Source: Candidatus Kaiserbacteria bacterium
Lineage (GTDB): Bacteria > Patescibacteriota > Minisyncoccia > Phycocordibacterales > UBA2100
Direction of reading: 5' to 3'
NCBI GenBank assembly: GCA_028286865.1
Contig: JAQBQU010000006.1
Location: forward strand, 2,639 to 66,638
Length of the DNA: 64,000 nt
Part shown: positions 1 through 8,712 of the stretch, one piece after another
Position numbering within the stretch: the first letter of the stretch is position 1
Layout of the letters: every line of letters starts with the position of its first letter
The notes under the pieces: model-generated
Told to the model about the DNA's origin: nothing
The model's input: only the letters and a program-made list of their open reading frames with translations
The model's database searches: none
Translations under genes and position numbers: made by a program

Positions 1-998
1 ATGTCGTTGAAGGACCGGTGGTGGCCGTCGGCCGCGCCCGTGTCTTCGTCGACCTGCACCCGTTCGGTACGGGTATTATCTACGGCCGCGAATACCTTTC
101 GGCCCGTGAGACCCTTAAGAATGTCCACATCGGAGACCTCGTCACCGCGAAGGTGGTCGGGACCGATAACGCAGAAGGCTACATCGAATTGAGCCTCCGC
201 GAAGCTCGCCAGGCGCTCATCTGGAACGAAGCGGAGATCGCATCACAGAAGAAGACCGTTTTCGAACTCGCTATCACCGATGCCAACAAGGGCGGTCTTA
301 TCATCAACTGGAACGGCCTCTCAGGATTCCTTCCGGCATCCCAGCTCTCACCTGCGCACTACCCGCGCGTACCGGATGGAGATAAGGACAAGATCTTCGT
401 TGAATTGAAGAAGATGATCGGCACCAAGCTCGAAGTGATGGTCATCACCGCCTCACCGAAGGAACAGAAGCTCATCTTCTCAGAAAAGGGCGCCGGCTCG
501 ACCGAGCGCGCATCGCTCGTAGAGAAGTACAAGGTCGGCGACACCGTCGACGGCGTTGTCACCGGTGCCACCGAGTTCGGTGTCTTCGTGAAGATCGAGG
601 ACGGACTCGAAGGACTCGTTCATATTTCAGAAATGGATTGGGCGCTCGTGGAGAACCCGAAGGCCCGCTACAAGGTAGGCGAGCCGGTCAAAGTGAAGGT
701 CATCGAGATCAAGGAGGGCAAAGTATCGCTATCGATCAAGGCGCTCCTCGACGACCCATGGAAGGCAGCCGGAGCAAAATACAAAAAGGATCAGCAGGTG
801 GAGGCCGTTGTCATCAAGTACAACAAGCACGGCGCACTTGCCTCGATCGAGGAAGGAGTTGCAGGATTGGTACACGTATCCGAATACGCGAGCGAAGACG
901 AACTTCGCGCGAAGCTCGAACTCGGCAAGGTGTATCCGTTCACCATTACCTTCTTCGAACCGAAGGACCGCCGCATGACCCTCAAGCCGGTCGTATAA
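1..998 (+). CDS. Multi-S1-domain RNA-binding protein (ribosomal protein S1-like), 5' end cut by window edge
   Basis: Frame 3 is open from nt 3 (..VVEGPVVAVGRARVFVDL..) to TAA at 996-998. Repeated S1/OB pattern, e.g. VGDTVDGVVTGATEFGVFVKIEDGLEGLVHISEM and QVEAVVIKYNKHGALASIEEGVAGLVHVSE. Confidence 0.8.
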   Translation, partial: VVEGPVVAVGRARVFVDLHPFGTGIIYGREYLSARETLKNVHIGDLVTAKVVGTDNAEGYIELSLREARQALIWNEAEIASQKKTVFELAITDANKGGLIINWNGLSGFLPASQLSPAHYPRVPDGDKDKIFVELKKMIGTKLEVMVITASPKEQKLIFSEKGAGSTERASLVEKYKVGDTVDGVVTGATEFGVFVKIEDGLEGLVHISEMDWALVENPKARYKVGEPVKVKVIEIKEGKVSLSIKALLDDPWKAAGAKYKKDQQVEAVVIKYNKHGALASIEEGVAGLVHVSEYASEDELRAKLELGKVYPFTITFFEPKDRRMTLKPVV

Positions 999-1020
999 CG
1001 ACCAGATATCCAAAACAGAA

Positions 1021-1050
1021 AGTCCGGACATTCGCGTCCGGACTTTTTGG
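1021..1050 (+). terminator. Rho-independent terminator after the S1-like gene
   Basis: AGTCCGGAC-attcgc-GTCCGGACT stem-loop followed by TTTTT. The preceding A-run means it could also serve the convergent minus-strand ORF. Confidence 0.7.
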
Positions 1051-1066
1051 TTTGGGTTCATGTGGC

Positions 1067-1378
1067 TTACTCCGCTGCTTGTTTCATTGTCGACGGATCA
1101 CTGAAGCCGCGAATGACCTTGACCAGGTCATCAACCGCTTTGTCGCGACCGCCTTGCCAAAGGATATGCTCGAGCTTCGCGACTTCGCCTTCTACGAAGG
1201 CTACTTGTTCGTCGGGAATATCAAGGCCTGCGCAATGCGTTTTCAACTTTCCGCACTCCGCCGCCAGGATCCCCTTCAGGATCGCGGCGTTCGCCCATCG
1301 CCCGATCTCCAGCTTGTTCTGTTCTTCGAGTGCCGCCAGTCGCAAGCGCTCGAAGCAGTTTGCGGCCGTCTCCGGCAT
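1067..1378 (-). CDS. Hypothetical protein (about 103 aa, helical)
   Basis: Only ORF in this gap without junk-like (R/S-rich) composition. The ATG at 1378 has GGGAGGG 6 nt upstream; the ORF-track start at 1414 lacks an SD. No family recognised. Confidence 0.4.
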   Translation of the reverse strand: MPETAANCFERLRLAALEEQNKLEIGRWANAAILKGILAAECGKLKTHCAGLDIPDEQVAFVEGEVAKLEHILWQGGRDKAVDDLVKVIRGFSDPSTMKQAAE

Positions 1379-1444
1379 TTGATCCCTCCCTATCGGCAAC
1401 ATTGCCGTCAACATATAAACACACCTTCATGATGCGGTCAACAC

Positions 1445-1474
1445 ATAATAAGAATGCGATAGTATTCTTATTAT
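1445..1474 (-). terminator. Hairpin downstream of pth
   Basis: ATAATAAGAAT-gcgatagt-ATTCTTATTAT perfect 11-bp inverted repeat 5 nt after the pth stop. AT-rich stem, no clean U-tail. Confidence 0.4.
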
Positions 1475-1478
1475 GGAG

Positions 1479-2066
1479 CTAGTTGAATCGATTCATCGCT
1501 ATGACGTGCCCCTCGGTCACGATGGTCTCCACGATCTCCCCTACTTTTTTAAATACCTTCTTGAGTTCATCCATTTCCGCGGGCTTGAACGGTGCCAATA
1601 TGAAGTCCACCACCTTATCTTCTCCCTGCGGCTTCTTCAATTTGCCTCCCGGCGTCTCCGGAGAGACGCCGATGCGGATACGGGTGAACTTGCGGGTCTT
1701 TACCTGCTTCTCAATAGATTCTATTCCCTTGTGCCCGCCGCTTCCGCGATCGAACGAGAGCTTGATCTTGCCCAGCGGCAGGTCCAGATCGTCATATACC
1801 ACCACCATTTTCTCTGCGGCCTTGGCGGATTTCACGAATTTCGCAACGGCAGCGCCTGATTTGTTCATAAACGTGTCGGGAAGGACGAGTGCGAGGAGAT
1901 TTTTGCCGACCGATGCGCCCGTGGAGTGCAGTTTTGCCTTTTTATCCTCTTTCCAGACCAAATTCGCCTTCTTGGCATAGGCAGCAAGCGCCATGCGCCC
2001 GGTATTATGCCGCGTATTCTCGTATTCTTCTCCGGGATTTCCCAGACCGACGATGATCCATGCCAT
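1479..2066 (-). CDS. pth: Peptidyl-tRNA hydrolase
   Basis: N-terminus MAWIIVGLGNPGEEYENTRHNTG matches the Pth signature (GLGNPG..Y..TRHN.G). Length is 195 aa. Confidence 0.95.
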   Translation of the reverse strand: MAWIIVGLGNPGEEYENTRHNTGRMALAAYAKKANLVWKEDKKAKLHSTGASVGKNLLALVLPDTFMNKSGAAVAKFVKSAKAAEKMVVVYDDLDLPLGKIKLSFDRGSGGHKGIESIEKQVKTRKFTRIRIGVSPETPGGKLKKPQGEDKVVDFILAPFKPAEMDELKKVFKKVGEIVETIVTEGHVIAMNRFN

Positions 2067-2133
2067 AGATTGTGCGTATATAGTAACGCGCGCGAAGAAT
2101 CGTGTATAGCGATGCGAGTTTGTATTACATTTC

Positions 2134-2163
2134 TTGACAATAGTGAAATAAATAAATTATTTT
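2134..2163 (+). promoter_or_regulatory. Candidate sigma70-type promoter for lepB
   Basis: TTGACA (2134-2139), 18-nt spacer, TATTTT (2158-2163), in the AT-rich divergent pth/lepB gap. Confidence 0.3.
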
Positions 2164-2273
2164 CAGTAATTTTTTTTACATGAAATTATTTTTGACGAAA
2201 ATCGTATGAAGTTTGCGATGCAACATTACAAACATTTGGTGTCAATGCCGATTCGGGAGTACTATGTTCGTAC

Positions 2274-2858
2274 ATGGAAGATCCAGTGATGGAAAGTGCA
2301 TCATCGGATACGAGAACCTCCTCGCAGCGTTCACTCGTTGCATACACAATACTCGCGATCGGTCTCGCGCTTGTCATCCGCTTCTTCGTTGCTGCCCCCT
2401 ACATCGTTTCGGGCTCATCGATGGAGCCGACATTCTTCAATTTGCACTATCTTATCGTCGATAGGCTCTCATATGACTTCGAATCTCCCCAGCGCGGCGA
2501 CGTTATCGTCTTTGATCTGCCCCAGGACACTTCACGGGCGCTGATCAAGCGCGTCATTGGCCTCCCGGGGGAGACGGTGGTCGTCTCCGGCAACGCGGTG
2601 AGCATCGTAAATAGTGCGCACCCCGACGGTTTTACGCTTTCCGAGCCCTATCTCGACCCGGCTGACCTCGGCGGGGCCTCGAATCTGCGCGTTACCCTTG
2701 GCGCCGATGAATTCTTCGTGCTCGGAGACAACAGAAAGGTCTCGGCCGACTCGCGTCTCTGGGGAACCCTCCCGCGCTCCGACATCGTCGGCCGCGTTTT
2801 CATTCGCCTCTTTCCGTTTACTAAATTAGGCGTGCTTCCGGGAGAAGCACGATATTAA
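2274..2858 (+). CDS. lepB: Signal peptidase I
   Basis: N-terminal TM segment, then SGSSMEPT (catalytic Ser box), IKRVIGLPGE (Lys box) and LGDNRKVSADSRLWG. Confidence 0.9.
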   Translation: MEDPVMESASSDTRTSSQRSLVAYTILAIGLALVIRFFVAAPYIVSGSSMEPTFFNLHYLIVDRLSYDFESPQRGDVIVFDLPQDTSRALIKRVIGLPGETVVVSGNAVSIVNSAHPDGFTLSEPYLDPADLGGASNLRVTLGADEFFVLGDNRKVSADSRLWGTLPRSDIVGRVFIRLFPFTKLGVLPGEARY

Positions 2859-2880
2859 TAGAGCAGGCCGCGCACCTTAT

Positions 2881-4116
2881 TTGTTCATTCAACGAATCAT
2901 GATCCGTCTCAAAGACACGAAACATGCGAACACTGCCGACTTTCTCTCCTCGGCGATCGCGATAGCGGAGTATTACGGATTCTCCCAGCTCGAGAACATG
3001 AAAACGGGCCGCATGAACGCGATCGAGAGCGAAAAGCGCCGCGCCGCAAAAGCGATCCCGGAAACTGAGATCACCTACGCACGCCGCGATGAGCGCGCAC
3101 TCACTTCTTCCGCCCGAAAGTGCGCCGCCGTCACCCGCGGACTTGCCGAAGCGGGTGGAGTGCTCGCCTATCGTCTCGTTCCTCAAAGTACCGGCAACCC
3201 GGCGACCACGCTCGAGCTGCATGTCGTCGGCACTGCATCGGCGGTGGCCGAGGCCCTCTTGCTCGTGGTTGCCAATGCGATCATCGAAGAATCCGGCATG
3301 ACCGACCGGCACCTCGCGATCAACAATATCGGCTCTCATGAATCTTCCAATCGTTTCGTGCGCGACGTATCCGCCTACCTCCGCAAACATATCGAATCCA
3401 TCTCTCCCACCTTGCGTCCGCGCGCAGCTATTGACCCGCTCGGGACACTCGTGCAGCTCATCGAGCGCGGGCATCCGGCGGCACCGCGTGCTCCGCAGGC
3501 GATGGAATACCTGACCGAAGAAGAGCGTCGCAAATTCTGGGAGTTGCTCGAGTATCTCGAAGTCTACGGACTCGCATACGAGCTCACGCCGAGCGTCTTG
3601 GGTTCGCGCGACTGCTGGGCACACTCGCTCTATGAGATCTCGGTCCCCGACGAAGAGACCGGCGGACGCACCGCGATCGCGTTCGGCGGGCGCTATGATC
3701 CGCTCGTCTCCCGATTCAGCGGCGGCCCGTCATCCGCAGCCGTGATATCGATCAACTGCGAGGTGCGCGGACGCACCAAGGTAGACCGCTCGATTCAGGG
3801 ACTTCCGGCGATGTATTTTGCGCACCTCGGCGGTGAGGCGCGCCGACGCGCGCTCGTCGTCCTTGAAATGCTGCGTCGCGAATCCATTCCGGTGCACCAG
3901 TCGCTCTTGCACGAGCGCATCGGAGAGCAGATGGCCAAGGCCAAACAGCTCGCAGTGCCGTACATTCTCATCATGGGATACAAAGAGGCTATGGAGAACA
4001 CCATCCTGGTCCGCGAGGTCTCGACCAATTCCCAGGAGGCCATTCCGGTGGCGGACCTGCCGAGCTACCTCAAACGTCACCACGTGGGCACCTGGAAGAC
4101 CCGCACGACCGCTTGA
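2881..4116 (+). CDS. Histidyl-tRNA synthetase-like class II aaRS paralog (motif 2 looks degenerate)
   Basis: GGRYDPLVSRF (the HisRS GGRYD motif) plus a C-terminal anticodon-binding-like domain (AVPYILIMGYKEAMENTILVREVSTNSQEAIPV). The FRxERPQ.GRxRxF region reads YRLVPQSTGNPATTLELHVVG. The start may be the ATG at 2899. Confidence 0.7.
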   Translation: MFIQRIMIRLKDTKHANTADFLSSAIAIAEYYGFSQLENMKTGRMNAIESEKRRAAKAIPETEITYARRDERALTSSARKCAAVTRGLAEAGGVLAYRLVPQSTGNPATTLELHVVGTASAVAEALLLVVANAIIEESGMTDRHLAINNIGSHESSNRFVRDVSAYLRKHIESISPTLRPRAAIDPLGTLVQLIERGHPAAPRAPQAMEYLTEEERRKFWELLEYLEVYGLAYELTPSVLGSRDCWAHSLYEISVPDEETGGRTAIAFGGRYDPLVSRFSGGPSSAAVISINCEVRGRTKVDRSIQGLPAMYFAHLGGEARRRALVVLEMLRRESIPVHQSLLHERIGEQMAKAKQLAVPYILIMGYKEAMENTILVREVSTNSQEAIPVADLPSYLKRHHVGTWKTRTTA

Positions 4117-4135
4117 GGCAACATTAAAAAACAGA

Positions 4136-4161
4136 GAGCCCGGCAGTGATGCCGGGCTCTT
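4136..4161. terminator. Bidirectional terminator between convergent genes
   Basis: AGAGCCCGGCA-gtga-TGCCGGGCTCT, flanked by AAAAAA upstream and TTT downstream. Confidence 0.7.
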
Positions 4162-4182
4162 TCGCTATATATGCTGCGGTAC

Positions 4183-4857
4183 TTACGCGCGCGCAACGAT
4201 TAGTGCCTCGCGTTCGATCCGGTCCAAGACCTCAATACTTTTGAAGCCCGCTTTCTCAAGGTCCTCGAGGATCTGATGTTCTGGCATACGGTACTCGGGT
4301 GTTGCGTCCTGCTCAACATGCCTAATCAGCGGATCGCGAATATCGAACGGTAGGCACTGATACCGCTCAATTTGCCGTGCGTAGCAGGCCTTATCGCCGC
4401 GATCGGGAGGTATGCAGTCGTCAAGAATAAACAAGCCATCGCGTTGCATTGCCTTCCGACATTCGATGAGCAGTCCTGGGCGTTCGACCCGTGGAAAATT
4501 ATGCAAGACGAACGACGAGAACATGACACTGTAGTTCGCATGCATCGACAAGAACGTATGAACGTCTTGCGTAATGAATGTAGTTCGCGCTTTAAAGCGA
4601 CGCAAGCGACGCCTCGCTACCGAGATCATCTTCGGGTTGATGTCGAGCAAGTCCAGATCGATCTCCGTGCGGCTTAGCAGTTCAATCGATGCATGACCCT
4701 CGCCACATCCGAATTCGAGCGCCTTTTGCGCACCACCAAATCCCGCTACACGAATCGCATCCGCGGCGATGATCCAGGGCACGACGAATGGTGATCCGAG
4801 CTCGATGATAGTGGAATTATGCTGCTGAAGCGGTCCGCTATAACGAACGTTTTTCAT
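4183..4857 (-). CDS. Class I SAM-dependent methyltransferase
   Basis: Motif I LEFGCGEGHASIELL and post-I LDLLDINPKM. I place the start at the ATG at 4857 (MKNVRYSG..), because the longer ORF-track N-terminus overlaps rpsU. Confidence 0.75.
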   Translation of the reverse strand: MKNVRYSGPLQQHNSTIIELGSPFVVPWIIAADAIRVAGFGGAQKALEFGCGEGHASIELLSRTEIDLDLLDINPKMISVARRRLRRFKARTTFITQDVHTFLSMHANYSVMFSSFVLHNFPRVERPGLLIECRKAMQRDGLFILDDCIPPDRGDKACYARQIERYQCLPFDIRDPLIRHVEQDATPEYRMPEHQILEDLEKAGFKSIEVLDRIEREALIVARA

Positions 4858-4969
4858 GGCTGTTCCTCTCTGTTGCCGGCCACTACAATGCCTCGTATCC
4901 GGGTATCTGTCAACTTGCTCCTTCAGTAGCCATTGCCTTTTATACCTACTCGTGATATCTTTTGCCGAC

Positions 4970-5314
4970 ATGTCGATTAACGCAGAAGTATCAAAATCCG
5001 GCTCCGAGAGCACTCTCTCGGTTATTCGCAAATTCTCCCGCCGCGTCCAGGGCACCGGACTCGTCAAGAACGCCCGCAAGACCCGCTACTACGAGCGCAC
5101 GAAGTCTAAGACCGTTCAGAAGAAGCGCGCACTCAAGCTCATCAAGCGCCGCGCTGATTTCAAACAGCTCGTAAAGGAAGGCAAGGCTCCTGAAACTCCA
5201 CTTCGCCGCGGCTTCCAGAATCGCGACGGCAACACCTCGCAGGCAGAGGCAAACAAGCAGGCAGCTGCTACTTCTCCGGCCCGTTTCGGTGAATCCACTC
5301 CTATCGCCCGCTAA
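4970..5314 (+). CDS. rpsU: 30S ribosomal protein S21 with an extended C-terminal tail
   Basis: MSINAEVSKSGSESTLSVIRKFSRRVQGTGLVKNARKTRYYERTKSKTVQKKRAL fits the S21 pattern (..rFkr.v...g......r.r.yYEkps.k.k.K). Start taken at the ATG at 4970, inside the longer ORF. Confidence 0.85.
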   Translation: MSINAEVSKSGSESTLSVIRKFSRRVQGTGLVKNARKTRYYERTKSKTVQKKRALKLIKRRADFKQLVKEGKAPETPLRRGFQNRDGNTSQAEANKQAAATSPARFGESTPIAR

Positions 5315-5708
5315 AAACACAACTGCCGTGTCTACCGACATAAGGAAAACAATTCGCGGCTCACTGCCGCGTTTTCCTTTTGGTGAAATTGCTCAAGCCG
5401 TGCTCGGCAAAGAGTATGATCTTTCGCTCGTGATCTGTGGCGACAAGCTTGCGCAGCGCATCAATATTGAACACCGCAAGAAGAGCTATTTCCCCAACGT
5501 GCTCTCCTTTCCGCTCTTCCCCGGCGAAGGTGAGATATTTCTCAATATTAGAAAGGCTGAGCGGGAGGCGAAGCAAATGGGCGTATCTGTGAAGCAGCGC
5601 ATCGCTCTCTTATATGTACACGGTCTCTTTCACCTCAAAGGTCTCGACCATGGCGACAAAATGGAAGCCGAGGAACAGAAGGTCCTGCGAAAATTTGGCC
5701 TAGAGTAA
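5289..5708 (+). CDS. ybeY: rRNA maturation endoribonuclease YbeY
   Basis: HGLFHLKGLDHGD zinc-binding motif (H...H.....H) and NVLSFPLF. The start is uncertain: GTG 5289 overlaps rpsU, and an in-frame GTG at 5328 is the alternative. Confidence 0.85.
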   Translation: MNPLLSPAKNTTAVSTDIRKTIRGSLPRFPFGEIAQAVLGKEYDLSLVICGDKLAQRINIEHRKKSYFPNVLSFPLFPGEGEIFLNIRKAEREAKQMGVSVKQRIALLYVHGLFHLKGLDHGDKMEAEEQKVLRKFGLE

Positions 5709-5763
5709 CGATTATCCACGAAGTCGTTCTCCAATTTGATACTGAACAAGGTATACTGACGCG

Positions 5764-6933
5764 ATGCGCACGTTTTATACCGGGATCGACATCGGCACCT
5801 ACCACGTAAAGGTGGTCATCGCCGCACCGAATGCCCGACCCGACCTACCGATGAACATCATCGGGACAGGCACGGCCACATCGCGCGGCATGCGCCACGG
5901 CTACATCATCGACAAAAATGAGGCGGGTCGCTCGATCCGTGAAGCCCTCTCCCGTGCATGCACCGCAGCCAAAGTATCGGTCAAGCACGCGCGCGTTGCG
6001 ATGGGCGGTGTGGGCCTCGACGAATTCCGCTCATCGGGCGACGTCACGCTCACCGTTTCCGGCGGCATCGTGACCGACAAAGACATCGACCGTGCACTGC
6101 GCGAAAGCGAGAAGCGTTCCGCGGGCAAGCTCACCAATCGCACGATCATTCATACGATCCCGCTGGAATACCGCGTCGATGGCGCGAAAGTATTCGGCAA
6201 GCCCCAGGGGCTTCAGGGCACCAAGCTCTCCATTGATACGCTCCTTATTACAATGCTCAGCCAGCACCATGACGACCTTATCGAAGCGGTCGAGGCGGCA
6301 GGAGTGGAGGTAGAGGGCGTTATGGCATCGCCACTCGCCGCGAGCCTCGTGACCCTCACCAAGGCTCAGAAAACGGCAGGAGTGGTGCTCGCCAACATCG
6401 GCTCCGAGACCCTTTCGGTCATCGTTTTTGATAATGACACGCCGGTATCCATCAAGGTCTTCCCGACGGGCTCCGGAGACATCACCAACACGATCGCACT
6501 CTCCTTCCAGCTCCCGCTCTCCGAAGCGGAGTCCGCCAAGCGCGGCGGCGTGACCGGAAGCGATATTCCCGAGCGCAAAATGGCCGCTATTGTCGGAGGC
6601 TCCTTGAAAGATATGTTCACACTGGTGAACACCCATTTGCGCAGCATCAACCGCTCACGACTTCTGCCGGCAGGCATCGTCATCACCGGCGGCGGGTCCG
6701 GACTCACATCGGTCGCGGATGTGGCGCGCATGATATTAAAGCTCCCGTCGCAGATCGGACAGATCGGTCCGCTTTCGCGGGCATCGACGGTAGACGCCAC
6801 ATGGACCGTCGCGTACGGATTGTGCCGCTGGGCGTATGCAGAAGATGCATCAGAGCGCACGCATACATTCGGGGAAGTGATCGAAGGCTGGTGGGAGTCG
6901 CTCAAAGCAAGCGTACGGTCGCTGCTTCCGTAA
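5764..6933 (+). CDS. ftsA: Cell division protein FtsA (actin-like ATPase)
   Basis: TGIDIGTYHVKVVIA phosphate-1 motif, VITGGGSGL, and a position immediately upstream of ftsZ. Confidence 0.85.
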   Translation: MRTFYTGIDIGTYHVKVVIAAPNARPDLPMNIIGTGTATSRGMRHGYIIDKNEAGRSIREALSRACTAAKVSVKHARVAMGGVGLDEFRSSGDVTLTVSGGIVTDKDIDRALRESEKRSAGKLTNRTIIHTIPLEYRVDGAKVFGKPQGLQGTKLSIDTLLITMLSQHHDDLIEAVEAAGVEVEGVMASPLAASLVTLTKAQKTAGVVLANIGSETLSVIVFDNDTPVSIKVFPTGSGDITNTIALSFQLPLSEAESAKRGGVTGSDIPERKMAAIVGGSLKDMFTLVNTHLRSINRSRLLPAGIVITGGGSGLTSVADVARMILKLPSQIGQIGPLSRASTVDATWTVAYGLCRWAYAEDASERTHTFGEVIEGWWESLKASVRSLLP

Positions 6934-6948
6934 AATACAAAACAAAAA

Positions 6949-6968
6949 GCGGTCCGAACTAGGACCGC
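6949..6968. terminator. Terminator hairpin shared by ftsA (+) and the small ORF (-)
   Basis: GCGGTCC-gaacta-GGACCGC, with AAAAA upstream and TTCTTC downstream. Confidence 0.65.
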
Positions 6969-6975
6969 TTCTTCG

Positions 6976-7080
6976 TTACAAGATGATGTGGACGTGAGTT
7001 CCGATGATGCGTATCACGACAATGATGCCGCATATGATCAGTCCACGTAAGTATGGTTCGTCAGTCGGTACATCCAGCAT
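6976..7080 (-). CDS. 34-aa hydrophobic peptide (MLDVPTDEPYLRGLIICGIIVVIRIIGTHVHIIL)
   Basis: First ATG downstream of a consensus minus-strand promoter (7133-7161). It has one predicted TM helix and ends 8 nt before the shared terminator hairpin. The ORF-track TTG start at 7161 coincides with the -35 box, so I reject it. Confidence 0.4.
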   Translation of the reverse strand: MLDVPTDEPYLRGLIICGIIVVIRIIGTHVHIIL

Positions 7081-7132
7081 GTGACTCTTTGCTTCGCTGG
7101 CCCCGTCGTTCCCACTTAATTTCCCAGTCCTT

Positions 7133-7161
7133 ATTATACACCCTAGAACGCATTTCGTCAA
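7133..7161 (-). promoter_or_regulatory. Consensus sigma70-type promoter (minus strand)
   Basis: On the minus strand: TTGACG (7161-7156), exactly 17 nt, TATAAT (7138-7133). Confidence 0.6.
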
Positions 7162-7210
7162 TAGTTACATTTATATCTCCTATTGCCGTTCCAGCGCTCA
7201 AAATCAGAAT

Positions 7211-7239
7211 TATTTACGATTTTTTAACACACGTATAAT
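7211..7239 (+). promoter_or_regulatory. Candidate ftsZ promoter
   Basis: Perfect TATAAT at 7234-7239 in an AT-rich context, about 100 nt upstream of ftsZ. The -35 is weak (TATTTA at 17 nt). Confidence 0.35.
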
Positions 7240-7342
7240 GTAAGCGAAAAAGTTTCCGAAAAACAATAAAGTATTATTGCGTTACTCGAATGACGCATTG
7301 TCAATCTTGCCTCAGAAGTAAAAGTGCTATGATGGCGGAGAT

Positions 7343-8590
7343 ATGTCTAAGCAAGTAAAGCCCGATGTAGAGTCATTCGCACGAATTCGAGTTATTGGCG
7401 TCGGCGGATCGGGCGGCAACGCGGTGAATCACATGGTGAATTCCGGAGTTGAGGGTGTGGAATTCATCGCGGTCAACACCGATGCGCAAGATCTCCACAA
7501 ATCAAAAGCAAAGAAAAAGATCCACATCGGTAAGACCCTTACCCGCGGACTCGGCACCGGCATGAATCCGGAAGTTGGAAAACAGGCAGGTGAAGAAACG
7601 CGCGAAGAGATACAGGATGCCATCAAAGGTTCCGACATGGTGTTCATCACCGGCGGCATGGGAGGCGGCACCGGCACCGGTGCGGCACCGGTCGTCGCAA
7701 AGATCGCCCGCGAGCTCGGTGCGCTCACCGTCGGCGTCGTCACTCGCCCATTTGCATTTGAAGGTGCGCAGCGTTTGCGCCTCGCGGAGCAGGGTCTCGC
7801 AGAATTGCGCAAAGCAGTTGATGCGCTCATCATCATTCCCAACGACAAACTCCTCGCCATCGTGAGCCGAGAGACCGGTATCAAGAACGCCTTCGCAATG
7901 TGCGACGATATCTTGAAGCAGGCGGTAGAAGGCATTTCAGATCTCATCACCACCACCGGTATCATCAACGTCGACTTCGCCGACGTGCGCTCGATCATGG
8001 CCAACGCCGGATCCGCACTCATGGGTATCGGCACCGCTATCGGCGACAAGCGTGCAGAGCAGGCAGCACGCGCCGCTATCAATTCCCCGCTGCTCGAAGT
8101 ATCGATCGTAGGTGCTAAGGGTGTACTCTTCTCGATCGCAGGCGGCGAAGACCTCGGCATGCTCGAAGTACAGGATGCCGCCAATGTCATTACCGAAGCC
8201 ATCGATCCGGAGGCCAAGGTCATCTTCGGCGCTGTTACTGATGAGTCGCTCAAGAAGGGCCAGGTACGCGTCACGGTCATCGCGACGGGATTCCCTGAGA
8301 GTTCACGACCGAACCTCTTCCCGGCAGGCCGCACGGCACCACGCAAAGACGGCGATGTCCCGCCCGTGTCCGCCACATCCCGCAATGAATCACGCCCTGA
8401 ACCGAAAAAGATCATCGATACTTCCGTTGCATTCGAGCGCATGGACCAGAAGAAGGAGATGGGAAAGGAGTCGAAGATAGACATCAAGATAGACCGCCCT
8501 ACCATCCCTTCGACCCCGCCATCTACTCCGATCGATACCGACGATGAAGACACATGGGGCTCGCTCCCTTCGTTCCTTCGCCGCAAATAA
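7343..8590 (+). CDS. ftsZ: Cell division GTPase FtsZ
   Basis: [13 protein letters not shown] and [14 protein letters not shown] tubulin signature, with a disordered C-terminal linker ending in [13 protein letters not shown]. Confidence 0.97.
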   Translation: MSKQVKPDVESFARIRVIGVGGSGGNAVNHMVNSGVEGVEFIAVNTDAQDLHKSKAKKKIHIGKTLTRGLGTGMNPEVGKQAGEETREEIQDAIKGSDMVFITGGMGGGTGTGAAPVVAKIARELGALTVGVVTRPFAFEGAQRLRLAEQGLAELRKAVDALIIIPNDKLLAIVSRETGIKNAFAMCDDILKQAVEGISDLITTTGIINVDFADVRSIMANAGSALMGIGTAIGDKRAEQAARAAINSPLLEVSIVGAKGVLFSIAGGEDLGMLEVQDAANVITEAIDPEAKVIFGAVTDESLKKGQVRVTVIATGFPESSRPNLFPAGRTAPRKDGDVPPVSATSRNESRPEPKKIIDTSVAFERMDQKKEMGKESKIDIKIDRPTIPSTPPSTPIDTDDEDTWGSLPSFLRRK

Positions 8591-8610
8591 GATACGTTCC
8601 GTATCTTTCT
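8591..8610 (+). terminator. Terminator after ftsZ
   Basis: GATACG-ttc-CGTATC followed by TTTCT, starting directly after the stop codon. Confidence 0.55.
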
Positions 8611-8712
8611 GCGTCTTCGCTCGCGAGCCGCAGTAGCCTTCCCCCTGCCGCTCCGGCACGAGATACGATATAATTCGTATCCGCTTATCTACCGCATTCA
8701 ATACAAACTATT

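Noticed and set aside
4858-5079. N-terminal extension of the methyltransferase ORF
   Set aside because: It overlaps rpsU on the opposite strand. The methyltransferase-fold sequence begins after the ATG at 4857.
7429-8586. 385-aa ORF antisense to ftsZ
   Set aside because: It fully overlaps an unmistakable ftsZ. Its composition is Ser/Arg/Pro-rich and low in complexity, which is typical of spurious antisense frames in GC-rich DNA.
8606-8690. Possible degenerate fifth copy of the nested-hairpin element after ftsZ
   Set aside because: It shares CTTTCTGCGT with copy A's flank, and has CCGCAG ... GAGAT followed by a hairpin (GATACGA-tataat-TCGTATC). It lacks the AGCA loop, a clear P2 and an outer stem. 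It is too weak to count.
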